A stretch of 53,778 nucleotides of DNA, the filler included, from Stramenopiles sp. TOSAG23-2 (Eukaryota): NCBI GenBank assembly GCA_900128395.1. It is 3 parts of 3 records of this genome, joined end to end, with 100 filler letters (N's around TTAATTAATTAA, not from the genome) between each part and the next. Parts side by side here need not be neighbours in the genome. Positions count along the whole stretch, not along the records: positions 17,973 to 35,843 come from LT649621.1; 2 more parts are not named here. One strand, given 5' to 3'. Below the pieces are notes generated by a model. That model was not told where the DNA came from, did not search any database, and worked only from the letters and a program-made list of their open reading frames with translations. The translations under genes and the position numbers were made by a program. Numbering within the stretch: the first letter of the stretch is position 1; each line of letters opens with the position of its first letter. This document shows positions 20,459 to 31,800 of the stretch, one piece after another.

Positions 20459-21757
20459 ATGTTTCGCCTTTCCAAACGTGTGACTGCAGCCGCTTTTAAT
20501 ACAGCGGCTATTCGCCGATTTAATTCCAGTACCGCAGGGAAGCCCATTGAATGTCTCGCAGCCGTAGCATGGCAGCCTGATCCAGAATTTTACGAAAATG
20601 GTACGAAACCTTCTGAAACTGCACTTTCATTGGAGAAAGTCATTGTACAACCACCAAAAGAAAATGAGGTAAGAATTCGCATTGATTATGCGACCTTATG
20701 TGGAACGGATTTGCAGGCAATGGCGGGGAAAGATGGAGAGGCTTACTTTCCTTCTATTTTAGGACATGAGTCGGCGGGTACAGTGGAGTCAGTTGGTCCC
20801 GGAGTCACAACGGTGAAACCTGGTGACAAAGTTATCCCAACGTACCAGGCCCAATGCTTTGACGAAGACTTGGCAAGTGATACTTGTCCTCGATGCAGAG
20901 GTTATCGCGAGCGGAAAACCAACCTATGTGGTAAGATCAGATCTTTCACCGGTGCGGGTGTGATGCGTAATGGTGGTGTCCGTTTCCAAGCAGCGAATGA
21001 TGGCCAAGATTTAAAGCACTTCATGGGGATCAGCTGCTTCTCTCAGTACACGGTGGTGCACGAGGAAAGCGCTGGTGCGATCCGCGAGGATGCACCTTTG
21101 GATAAGGTACCATTACTTGCCTGTGCCCTCCCGACGGGATATGGTGCCGTCTTTAACACAGCAAAAGTGGAAGCTGGGTCCAGGATTGCTGTTTTCGGGC
21201 TTGGGACAGTGGGACTCTCTATTATTGAGGCATGTCAACGCATTGGTGTTGAGAAAATTATTGCAATTGATGTCAACCCTGAAAAATTCCATCGTGCTGC
21301 GGCCTTTGGCGCCACTGAATTCGTGAATCCCGCCGACCATGAGGCACCAATTCAAGACGTCATTGTCGATATGACAAACGGAGGTGTAGATTATTCATTT
21401 GAATGTACCGGTTCAGTTGACGTCATGCGGGCAGCGCTAGAGTGCGCTCATATTGGATGGGGAAAAAGTGTTGTCATTGGTGTTGCAGCTGGTGGAAAAG
21501 AAATCTCGACACGTCCTTTCCAGTTGATAACGGGGCGTACTTGGACTGGCACTGCGTTTGGTGGTTACCGTTCTCGCGAAGGTGTTGCACAGCTTGTTGA
21601 TGATTATATGGATGGTAAATTTGATATTGAACCATATATCACTCATAACGTTCCATTGCAAGACATCCATGAAGCCTTTCGCTTACTTAGTGCAGGAGAG
21701 AGTCTTCGCACAATCATATGGATGCATGATGATCCTCCACACGTTGGTGCCGTCTAG
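20459..21757 (+). CDS. ADH5: Class III alcohol dehydrogenase / S-(hydroxymethyl)glutathione dehydrogenase (GSNOR-like) with a mitochondrial-type presequence
   Basis: [67 protein letters not shown] and [22 protein letters not shown]-terminus [25 protein letters not shown]. Confidence 0.93.
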   Translation: MFRLSKRVTAAAFNTAAIRRFNSSTAGKPIECLAAVAWQPDPEFYENGTKPSETALSLEKVIVQPPKENEVRIRIDYATLCGTDLQAMAGKDGEAYFPSILGHESAGTVESVGPGVTTVKPGDKVIPTYQAQCFDEDLASDTCPRCRGYRERKTNLCGKIRSFTGAGVMRNGGVRFQAANDGQDLKHFMGISCFSQYTVVHEESAGAIREDAPLDKVPLLACALPTGYGAVFNTAKVEAGSRIAVFGLGTVGLSIIEACQRIGVEKIIAIDVNPEKFHRAAAFGATEFVNPADHEAPIQDVIVDMTNGGVDYSFECTGSVDVMRAALECAHIGWGKSVVIGVAAGGKEISTRPFQLITGRTWTGTAFGGYRSREGVAQLVDDYMDGKFDIEPYITHNVPLQDIHEAFRLLSAGESLRTIIWMHDDPPHVGAV

Positions 21758-22114
21758 AGGGTGGTTGTTGAGAATAAAAAAAAAAATAAAAAAATGATTT
21801 AAAAAAAAAGATATTTTTGATTTTTTATATTTTCGTATTCTACATTTCATTTAAGTATATATCTACCCTATCAAAATAAAAATTTAATATTTTGAACAAC
21901 AACATTTTTTTTTTATTAATTTAAATTTTCAAAAAAAAAAAATCTTTAATTTTTTGTATATATAATTATAATATTACTGGATTACAGTTAGACGAATGTA
22001 AGAAGAAAATATTACATAGCTACTTACAATATGACATGCAAGTTAAATAACTTATTAACAATAACAAATAAGGAATAAAATTTAAACGAGAAAAAACATA
22101 TATTGTACATAGCA

Positions 22115-24862
22115 ATGGCATCGATTTCTAATTCATATAAACAAGGCCGTTGCTATTTGAAGGGAGATGGTGTGGAAAAAGATGTTAAACAAGCAATTCG
22201 ACTGTTTGAAAGATCAGCTGAGCAAGGTGAGACACTGGCTCAACTACAACTTTTAAATATTTATTATCGTGGCATGTATGGCATCAAAAAGGATGCTAAG
22301 AAAGCAATTGAATTTGGTACTAAAGCAGCTGAGCAAGGAAACCCAACTGCACAGACTGTTCTCGGTAGTTTTTATAAGGATGGTATTAATGGGGTAAGAA
22401 AAGATGTTAAAAAAGCAATTGAACTTTGGAACAAAGCAGCTGAGCACCAAGAAAGTTTTGGTGCACAGTTTATGCTTGGTCTTTGCTACATGAATGGTGA
22501 AGGTGTGGAAAAAGATGAGAAAAAAGCAGTTGAACTTTTTAAAAAGTCAGCAGAGCAAGAATATTTGAATGCAATGAGGGAAGTTGCCAAATGTTATGAA
22601 GATGGTAGAGGCATTGAAAAAGATCCAAAAATTGCATTTGAATTATATATTAAAATCTCGGATCATAACGAAGCAAGTGCAGTAGATCAATATAATGTTG
22701 CATGTTGTTATGTCAATGGTATTGGTACCGCAAAGGACAAAAAAAAATCGTTTGAGTATTTGTTTAAAGCAGCACAGGGAGGAGATACATTAGCTAAATA
22801 TCAAGTTGCTTTGTGTTATGAAAAAGGTGACGGTGTCGAAAGAAATGTCAAAGAAGCAATGGAACTATTTAGGGCAATAAGTGATGGCAGATCCAAATAT
22901 TCTGGAGACGCGTCAAATAATTTGAAAAAAATGATTGCGGAAGATCTTAATAATAGTGTTAATGGCATTAGTATTAGTACTAAGAAGATAGCCAGGATAG
23001 CAAAAAATCAGAATCATATGAAAAACTTGGTTGGAAGAATTTTTGATCATTTTAGTTTACCTGACGCTAAACGTCCAAAAATTGATCCTGACACTGTTGT
23101 TGTAAAAGTAGTAGATTATCCATTTATTGTAGCTTGTGAATATGGAGATTTAAATCGTATTAAACAATATTTAGTCAAACACAATCACCATCCGCATAAT
23201 AATAACATTATTGCAAATGAAGTTGGTATACCATTTGCATTTCTTCAAAGCAATTATAGCTATGTTTTTGATTGCATAACTGAAGATGGTAGCTTTTGTG
23301 GCAATACAGGATTGTATTATGCGGCATTTTGTGAACCGAACCATCAAGACAAAACTATTGTAAACTACTTAATGGCAAATGGCGGCAATGAAATGGACAA
23401 AAGAAAAGGGTACGAAGATATTTTTGTTCATTCGTTCATCAAGGGTGATTTAGACGTCGTAAAATATCTTTTACAAAATAACCGTGTCGATCCAAATAGG
23501 ATGATCACAAGAAATCGTTGGCTATCTGGGACAACCAGCCAAAATATATTGCATTACTTTTTTACGTGGGATTGGTGGCAGAATAATGCAAACGGCATGA
23601 ATGTATTCAAATGGTTTGTAAATCACCACAACATTCAACGAATCGTAAATCAACTCTGTCCCGGTTATTACACACCGCTGGATCATTTATATGCAAGCAA
23701 TTGGTATGAAGACATTTCACAGGACAAAGAAAGATGGGAAGCTATTCAAATTTTGAAAGGTAAAGGGGCCAAAAGATCAATATGGGCTGTAGTAGAAGAG
23801 GGTGATATTGAAGGGTTGAAGGAATTGATTATGGATGAATCAACAGATTTTATGCAATTGAGATATGGTGAGGATATATTGCAAAGATTTAGTTGTTGCG
23901 ATTTTGACGAGCTTAAGCGCAAAGCAAACGTTTCAGCCCTTCCACTGTTGCAACTATTGTTAGATCAACCTGGAGTAGAAACACTTATTAATAGATCTAG
24001 CAATTATAATTTGTTAGATCGTTTGTTGCATGAAAAAGAAAGTTGCAAGGTTATGGAAAGTGACCTTGATGCGGCAATTGCATTGATGAAAAGTAAAGGT
24101 GCCAAGCATTCATTGTTTGAGCTTGTATCTAGTAATCATGATAGTTTGTTGAAAAAAATGTTGTACGACGAATCAACCAATATTGAGTATATCAATGATC
24201 ATTACGGCAATGTATTGCATGAGGCTATCCAGCATGCTAATACAAACGCAATGGCAATAATTTTAACTCATCCAAAGATTCATAAAATCATCAATGCAGT
24301 TAATATTGATGGTTATACACCGTTGGATACCTTGATATATAGTAAGACAAACGGAACACATGATACAAAGGAGGAAGAAAATTGGATTGAGCATTTACAA
24401 AAATTAGGTGCTCAACGGTCTATATTTAGCGTTATTGGAATGGAAGATACGGAAATGTTAAGAAAGATGATAAATGAAACTTTAAGAAAGATGATAGAAA
24501 ATAAATCTGATTCTTTCAACAACCTTTTAAATAAAACCAATAGTCACGGCCACAATATATTGCATTGCGCAATGAACTTCAAGGACGAACGAAAGAAGGG
24601 TATATCAATATTAAAAATAATTCTTGAAGAGATACCAGGAATTTCTCAAATTATCAATCAATCGTGTACCGATGCAAATCAATCAACACCATTAGATTTA
24701 GTATACACTCGTGCAATTAATGAAAAGAACAAACACAACGAAGGACCTTCTCTTTCAAAGGAGGAGGAAGAAGAAAAATTGCACCGAGATTGTAAAATTC
24801 GAATAGACATGATTCAATTATTAAGAAAACATGGCGGAAAAAGGAAATCTGAGATGTGTTAA
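22115..24862 (+). CDS. Sel1-repeat plus ankyrin-like repeat protein
   Basis: About seven Sel1 repeats (AQFMLGLCYMNGEGVEKDEKKAVELFKKSAEQ), followed by ankyrin-like units (ACEYGDL, GNVLHEA...GYTPLD...GAKRS). First ATG at 22115. Confidence 0.85.
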   Translation: MASISNSYKQGRCYLKGDGVEKDVKQAIRLFERSAEQGETLAQLQLLNIYYRGMYGIKKDAKKAIEFGTKAAEQGNPTAQTVLGSFYKDGINGVRKDVKKAIELWNKAAEHQESFGAQFMLGLCYMNGEGVEKDEKKAVELFKKSAEQEYLNAMREVAKCYEDGRGIEKDPKIAFELYIKISDHNEASAVDQYNVACCYVNGIGTAKDKKKSFEYLFKAAQGGDTLAKYQVALCYEKGDGVERNVKEAMELFRAISDGRSKYSGDASNNLKKMIAEDLNNSVNGISISTKKIARIAKNQNHMKNLVGRIFDHFSLPDAKRPKIDPDTVVVKVVDYPFIVACEYGDLNRIKQYLVKHNHHPHNNNIIANEVGIPFAFLQSNYSYVFDCITEDGSFCGNTGLYYAAFCEPNHQDKTIVNYLMANGGNEMDKRKGYEDIFVHSFIKGDLDVVKYLLQNNRVDPNRMITRNRWLSGTTSQNILHYFFTWDWWQNNANGMNVFKWFVNHHNIQRIVNQLCPGYYTPLDHLYASNWYEDISQDKERWEAIQILKGKGAKRSIWAVVEEGDIEGLKELIMDESTDFMQLRYGEDILQRFSCCDFDELKRKANVSALPLLQLLLDQPGVETLINRSSNYNLLDRLLHEKESCKVMESDLDAAIALMKSKGAKHSLFELVSSNHDSLLKKMLYDESTNIEYINDHYGNVLHEAIQHANTNAMAIILTHPKIHKIINAVNIDGYTPLDTLIYSKTNGTHDTKEEENWIEHLQKLGAQRSIFSVIGMEDTEMLRKMINETLRKMIENKSDSFNNLLNKTNSHGHNILHCAMNFKDERKKGISILKIILEEIPGISQIINQSCTDANQSTPLDLVYTRAINEKNKHNEGPSLSKEEEEEKLHRDCKIRIDMIQLLRKHGGKRKSEMC

Positions 24863-25242
24863 AAGAGTGTCCTGTTAATATACAACAAAGACCAGAAAGA
24901 CGTGGAGAGAACCGAATTTTTACGTTTTTTCAAATAAAATCGTTATCCAAAAGTGTGAGATTATTATTAATTATTCTAGTATAATACTTGAAAAGTCTAG
25001 GACCTAGTAGATTAGTATAATCCGGACTATGTTAGTTACATTTTTGTGTATTTGATTAACAAGACAACACTCTCATTTTTCGCTTCTTATAAACTTATAT
25101 ACTAAATGCGGACATTTCATTGTGTAATATTTTTGGTATTTTTAGATTTTTAGGCATTTATATTTCTGATATAGATAAATGCATACACTATAACTAAAAA
25201 GAATAATATTATAATTTCAATAATGAATGTGTTTTTAATTTG

Positions 25243-25273
<31 letters not shown>

Positions 25274-25387
25274 TTATGTGGAAACAACAACAATATCTAT
25301 CTATAAAAACGTTGATATAGTAATTTTACATTGATATCAATCATACGCGTATTGTATATATATAAAAAATATTAAGTCTCCAACAAA

Positions 25388-27121
25388 ATGGCCTCCTTTT
25401 TTGATGATGATAATAATGATAAGACGGATACAACTGCTGATTTCTTTGCTGATTTTACAAGTAATAATACGGAAGAAGAAAGTAATAATAATAATAATAA
25501 GAAAAAAAGCAAAAAATCGAAAAAGAAGAAAAAATCCAATAACGATGATGGATTTTCATCATCCGATACATCATCTTCTTCTTCATCCTCATCATCAGAT
25601 TCTGATGATGATGATGATGCTATATTAGCTCAATTTATGAATAAGGCATTAAAAGCACCAAACGATGAGGTTTCAAAACGACGTGGTGCCAATAAACCAG
25701 TAACAAATAGTCCAACTCAAAAAACATTAACAAAGAAAAACAATGCAGCGCCATCCTCGCCTGTTGTCATGACAGCATTTGGTGTTGTGCAGTATATGCC
25801 ACCATCAGCAACCAAACAAGCTTCTAATAACAAACGTACAGGACATAAATATTCAATATCATTTGATATGAATAGTGAATTGGATATTGTATGGGAAACA
25901 GATTGGCGTGGTAAACTAGTACGAGTGAAACAATTTCGTTTAATAGATTCTTTACCTGGCCCTGCTTCCGACGATGGAAGAATTAAAATTGGACATACAT
26001 TATTAGAAATCAATGGAAAACCTATACCAGATGATTTTCATGAAACTGTTTTGTATTTAAAAACATTAACAAAATCAAAACAACAAATGAAAAATGATGT
26101 ATTAAAAGATGATAATGACAACGACAACAACAACAATAAAAGTAATAATAAAAAGAAAAAGAAGAACAAAAAATCATCTAAATATACATTACGTTTCTTT
26201 TCACCAGATGATGCACCAATCAGTCAAAATGCTCTTGCATTAAAAAGTGTAATGAAGGAAGTACATTTACATAAAATAGCATTGTACAGAGCACAATCAG
26301 AAGGTTTAACAAAAGGATTTATTGAACGATATCGTGGAGATCATATGACAACGTTTCATTTACATCGTGAAAGTGATAATAAATTTATATGTGGTGTTTC
26401 GTGTAAAAAAAATATGCAAGGTGATTTTATTTTTCATACATTAGTTGATATGACATGGGATGCAAAATTGAAAAATATACCAGTACAACCAAGCTCTGCT
26501 ACGTATTTAGGTCGAATGGTGAAAAATTATATGGGTACATCATTTACCTTGCATGATTATCGTGTAACAAATCCACATGATACGATGGCACCGAAACATC
26601 AATTAGCAACAATGGTTTATAAAACAAATGTTAGTGGTGGCGATCCAAATGCATTTACAACTATTTTACCACGATATGATGAAGAATATTTAGAAGGGGA
26701 ACAATTGGAAACGTTGGTCAATCGACATAAATTGTTGAAAAAACGACGAAGTAGTTTAGAGCAAACGATGATGGATAAATTACGCCGTAAAAAAGATTTA
26801 AAATATGGTTCCATTGAACAGCGAGAGGAAGCAGAATTATTAGTATTGCAAACACAAAAACCAGTTTACGATGATCAATTGCAAGCATATACACTTGATT
26901 TTGATGGTCGTGTCAAAATGCCATGTAAGCGTAATTTTATTTTATCCGTAGATCCTGAAAATCAACGTTTAGTCGATGAATTTGGTGAAGGTACGACGTT
27001 ATTACGCCATGGTAAGGTAAATGAAGATCGTTATTGTTTAGATTATCGTTATCCATTAAGTCCAGTCCAAGCATTAGCTATATCATTAACATCGTTTGCT
27101 GATAAATTGTTGGTTACTTGA
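25388..27121 (+). CDS. Tubby-like protein with a PDZ-like domain
   Basis: C-terminal Tubby domain (NYMGTSFTLHD; YTLDFDGRVKMPCKRNF; DYRYPLSPVQALAISLTSF). PDZ-like GPASDDGRIKIGHTLLEING. Low-complexity N-terminus. Confidence 0.88.
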   Translation: MASFFDDDNNDKTDTTADFFADFTSNNTEEESNNNNNKKKSKKSKKKKKSNNDDGFSSSDTSSSSSSSSSDSDDDDDAILAQFMNKALKAPNDEVSKRRGANKPVTNSPTQKTLTKKNNAAPSSPVVMTAFGVVQYMPPSATKQASNNKRTGHKYSISFDMNSELDIVWETDWRGKLVRVKQFRLIDSLPGPASDDGRIKIGHTLLEINGKPIPDDFHETVLYLKTLTKSKQQMKNDVLKDDNDNDNNNNKSNNKKKKKNKKSSKYTLRFFSPDDAPISQNALALKSVMKEVHLHKIALYRAQSEGLTKGFIERYRGDHMTTFHLHRESDNKFICGVSCKKNMQGDFIFHTLVDMTWDAKLKNIPVQPSSATYLGRMVKNYMGTSFTLHDYRVTNPHDTMAPKHQLATMVYKTNVSGGDPNAFTTILPRYDEEYLEGEQLETLVNRHKLLKKRRSSLEQTMMDKLRRKKDLKYGSIEQREEAELLVLQTQKPVYDDQLQAYTLDFDGRVKMPCKRNFILSVDPENQRLVDEFGEGTTLLRHGKVNEDRYCLDYRYPLSPVQALAISLTSFADKLLVT

Positions 27122-27891
27122 ATTTCTTTGATATCATTTAAAAATTCACTATTTAAGATTGCATTGTAAATTAAAATCGTTTGATCGTTTTTTTGTGCAC
27201 ATACCCAAAAACGTCCATTTATACCAACTGCAATTTCAAATGGTACACGACTTGATATTACTTTTAATATTTTACATTCATTATTTAATAATTTCCTTGC
27301 TAAATGCAATGAACAAGTTCCACTTAAACCATTATCTAATTTACCATAATATGCTTCACCAGTCATCCAATCTTTACGAACACCACTTTTCACTTTACAT
27401 GATAATTCAGGTTCAATATAAATGCTATCACTAGCAAGACGTGCATATATTAATGATCCTTCTTTTAAATTTGGATGGTTTCGTTTCGATGCACCATCAA
27501 ATTCTAATAATGGTAAAAATGCTGCACAACGCCCATTAACATTCACTAAATATCCATTCATTCCTAATTTTTGTTCTATAATACCAACAATTGGATCACC
27601 AATTTTTGGTTGATATCGTTTTTCATTTGTTTCGACCCAAAAATTACCTGGACTTTCAAATTGCAATATTCCAGATTGCACTACTTGTATTTCATCCGTC
27701 TCATGATTCAATGGGTCCTTTACTTGCATCAATCCATTACCAATGACTACGACTCTTGTTACATATTTTTTTACAATGTGTGTGATTATATCACCTGCTA
27801 AAACAATTTGTGGTTGAAATGTTATTGTCGAATTGACTTGATTTAATAAATCATTTGTCAACGCATCATTATCCGTCACCATAGTTGTCAT
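27049..27891 (-). CDS. EXOSC3: Exosome complex component RRP40
   Basis: KRYQPKIGDPIVGII, LEFDGASKRNHPNLKEGSLIYAR, EPELSC and PFEIAVGINGRFWV (S1 + KH domains). Confidence 0.93.
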   Translation of the reverse strand: MTTMVTDNDALTNDLLNQVNSTITFQPQIVLAGDIITHIVKKYVTRVVVIGNGLMQVKDPLNHETDEIQVVQSGILQFESPGNFWVETNEKRYQPKIGDPIVGIIEQKLGMNGYLVNVNGRCAAFLPLLEFDGASKRNHPNLKEGSLIYARLASDSIYIEPELSCKVKSGVRKDWMTGEAYYGKLDNGLSGTCSLHLARKLLNNECKILKVISSRVPFEIAVGINGRFWVCAQKNDQTILIYNAILNSEFLNDIKEIQVTNNLSANDVNDIANAWTGLNG

Positions 27892-28243
27892 CTTTTGTTG
27901 TTGTTGTTGTTTTGTTTTCTATATCAAAATAAATCTATGTAGATATATGTACAAATATAATACTTTCTTTAATTTTATAATCTGATAATTTTATTTTTTG
28001 TCCATACGAAAAAGTTCTTTCTTGTTTTTTTTCCCCGTTGCTATCTCTTTCTCTATCTCACACACCATATCTATTATTATTTGTATCAATAAAAAAGGTG
28101 TTTTGTGAGTCATTTTATGGCTCTAAAAAATTGATATTTTATATGAATAATCATCAATAATATATATATAGAAATAGAAATATACAAAATGCTAGAAAAA
28201 TACATATATATATATATATATATATACAAAGAGACACGACAAG

Positions 28244-28504
28244 ATGGATTTCAAAGGACAAGAGTTAGCAGAGAATATATATCAAATTGTGATTTTAATT
28301 TTTGGTATCATTGGTTGGATATATGGATATGTATTAAATGATTTAACGCATAGTTTTCATGTATGGTGTATTGGTGTCGTTATTGCATGCATTATAGCTA
28401 TACCAAGTTGGCCATGTTTTAATAGGAACCCAGTAAAATGGTTAGATGAAATTCCAAAAAGACCTGAACCAAAAAGAAAGAAGAAACCGAAAAAGAATAA
28501 GTAA
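28244..28504 (+). CDS. SPCS1: Signal peptidase complex subunit 1 (SPC12)
   Basis: MDFKGQELAE, two TM helices and IPSWPCFNRNPVKWL. Confidence 0.93.
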   Translation: MDFKGQELAENIYQIVILIFGIIGWIYGYVLNDLTHSFHVWCIGVVIACIIAIPSWPCFNRNPVKWLDEIPKRPEPKRKKKPKKNK

Positions 28505-28860
28505 AGAGTAATGTAAGAAGTATCGTTTATAGATGTATACATAATATATATATATATATATATGTAGAGAGAGAAAGACAACCGAAAGATGAAAAAGACA
28601 TGTATATATATATATATAATAATTGTGTGTAAATACATTTTTATAAAAATTTAAATCTTGTAAAACAAATATTCCATATAATATTTTACGTACACAAAAA
28701 ATAAAAAAACATATAGAGTAAGCAATATTTCTGTTCTTCTAAATATAGAAGCATGAAAATGTTTTATACATCAATTCAATATAACAAAAAAAAACACACT
28801 CCTATATGTCCATCACACACACATAAAATACACTTTTATGTGTGTATCGATATATTATTT

Positions 28861-31800
28861 TTACGAATAAAATGTTAATACATTTTTTTGATTTCCACGT
28901 AAAAAACAAATTGGTGGTGGATTTTCACCTCTATCTGTTAATGCAACTGCTTCTAACCAAGTTAAATATTCTTTTGCTGTTAATTTATCTGGTACTGCTG
29001 GAAATGGTAATGTCATATAAATAAATGTTGAATCTTTACTTTCCTTTGCCATGACTTCACCAACACGTAAAAATCGTTTTAATTTACTTTTAAAATTTGC
29101 TTGTTGTTCTTTTTTTTTATTTTTATCAAATATATCTGGAAAACGATTGTAACTTTTTTGCGTTGGTTTTGAATACATATCAAATGGTTCTACACTTGCA
29201 ACTGGAATTCGAAATTTTTGAATCATACGCATTACTTGCGCAGTTGTTTGAACCATCATTTGTCTACTACTATGTAGAAATACACGTAAATCACACATTC
29301 CATGCCATTTCGCCCAGATTGCATGTAAATGCGCAACAAGTAACAATGCACCACCAGTATCTGCAAGCCAATAGACATCAATCACTGGTTTACGTTTTGT
29401 GTTATTCTCATTGTTGTTAGTATTACCACCACTACCAACACAACAACCATTTACAGTCTTGTTGTTTCCATCCTCATTTACAAAGTCATCTTCCCATGAC
29501 GTTTTTTTATTTCCAAAATTATTATCATTATTTTTAATATGTAACAAGCCAACACCATACCGTAATGTCAATGCATCGTTAATCATATCAACATATTCCT
29601 CTGCAGTCAATATCGGATTTTCATCATCTGTTTCTTCAAAATCTTTACCTACTTTTAATGGCATAATTAACATATTTGGCCGCATACTACCAACACCCGC
29701 AGTTTGCAATAATTGATGTATTCCATTTGACATTCGTGGAGTAACAATCGTTTCTACTAAAATATCTAAACCTACAATAAATTTATCTTCATCATCCAAT
29801 TGATCAATGATAGACAGACGCCGATCAATAATAGCCGGTGGTGGTTTGCCACCACTGAGACTACTATCTTCTCTTTTTATATCGTCGTTTATTAACTCTG
29901 CAATATTGGTCAATGCTTGTTTTTGTTTTTCATCCTCCGTAGCATTGCTATTACCATTTGGTGAATTTGGTCGTTGTTTCTTTTTTTTCACTTTCGTTAA
30001 TGCGATTAAAATACGATTAGTTGGTGGTAATAAACGTCGATCACGAAAGACATCTCCAAGTTCATTGAATGAACCTACTAATACATCTGCTAAAATGGAC
30101 AAACCATTTCCTAATTTCAATTGTTTCGCCCATTTTAACATACTATTTTTATGCTTTAATTCAAGTGGTGCAAGTAAATACAATGGACGCCATGTTTTCG
30201 CATGTCGTGCCAAATGCATGCGTTCCAATCGCAACATGCTTTGTCGTGCAACTTGCCATTGTAATCCTTGTTCCGCTGCACCCCAATTCACTTCAGGTGC
30301 TTTTGTCTTTACGTAATAATATAATATAGCACCAATTCCAAGAGTTATCAAGGCTTGGATCCAACTAATGGCAAACATCACTAATACACATAAAAATGCG
30401 GTAAACAAGGATAAATTTGCATTGTAATAATGATATGTAGGTCTCCAACCAGGTGATTTGGAATAACTTGCCATGAAACATGCTAAATTAATAAACGTCC
30501 GTGTAGCAAGGAAAAAATTTGTAATCAATGGCGCTATGGCATTCAAATCACCAATAATAACCCCAACAAATGCAACACCAACTGCAAGGAAATAACCACG
30601 TACGGGCTCATTATCTTTCTCCCTACCTTTTGCAAAATATTGCAATGGTTGAAATAATTTGTCCTCACAAACTGCTTTTAAAATTCTCGGCGCACCAATT
30701 AATCCTGCCAACGCACTTGATAGTGTAGATGCGAAAATACCAATAACAACTAATGGTGACCAAACAGCAATTCGTATCATCAACATGGAATCATCATATA
30801 AACCACCTTCCCCACCATCACGTTCACATGTTGCACCAAGAAACCATAAAATCGCCATGTATACCAATGATGATACAAAAATCGCTAACATCGTACCAAA
30901 TGGAATACTTTTTTGTGCATCTTTCAATTCCCCGCTAATATTTGCACCTGCCATCATACCAGTCATTGCTGGAAAGAAAATGGAAAAAACACTCATGAAA
31001 CTTTCCCCATCTGGCTGTTGCACTGTTTTACGATAATCAGGCAACCAATTAGTAGCAAAGGTTGTGCTAGAATATCCTGTAAATGCCCAACCAGGGGTTG
31101 ACGGTGTAGTAAAGGTTCCAATAATAAATGCTAATATTCCAATTACTAAAATGACTAATTGAAATAAATCAAATTTCACTACCCATGATGCACCTAAACA
31201 TGCAATGCCTAATAAAACGACCAAAGCAATGCTACCAATGATACGTATATCACCTTGCTTTGTCGTCATGAAATTTTCTGGAGATGTACCATATATACCA
31301 ACAACAGTTTCTGCAAATCCAACTAAATACATCGAGATACTAATTGCATTTGCTAAGCTAAAAATCAAACCAATACTACCACCATATGCAGCACCTAAAC
31401 TACGGCTGATTAAAAAATATGCACCCCCACCTTCCACTTCACCATTTGTTGCAATGGCAGATAATGATGTGGCAGATAAAATGGATAATAAAAATGATAA
31501 AAATATAATGAAAGTTCCATGCAAGACACCAGCATGTGCCGCAACAAAGCCCATTCGCAAAAACATAATTACACCCCAAATATTTAATAAACAACGTGCA
31601 ACAACGCCATCAAAAGTACCAAAACGTTTTTGCTCAGCTAATTTCGCCCTACTTTGTTTCACTTCTTCCACTGCTTTCAACCTAGATTCCAATACCACGG
31701 TTGGTTGCCCGGCAATAACTGTTGCATAACCAGGGCGGACTTGCACCGTACCTTCTGCGTTATATAAATAGTTATCTACATTTGGCATTAATTCAACAGT

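Noticed and set aside
28543-28620. (TA)n tracts here and near many gene starts and ends
   Set aside because: They are ordinary microsatellites, ubiquitous in this AT-rich genome and present on both 5' and 3' sides of genes.
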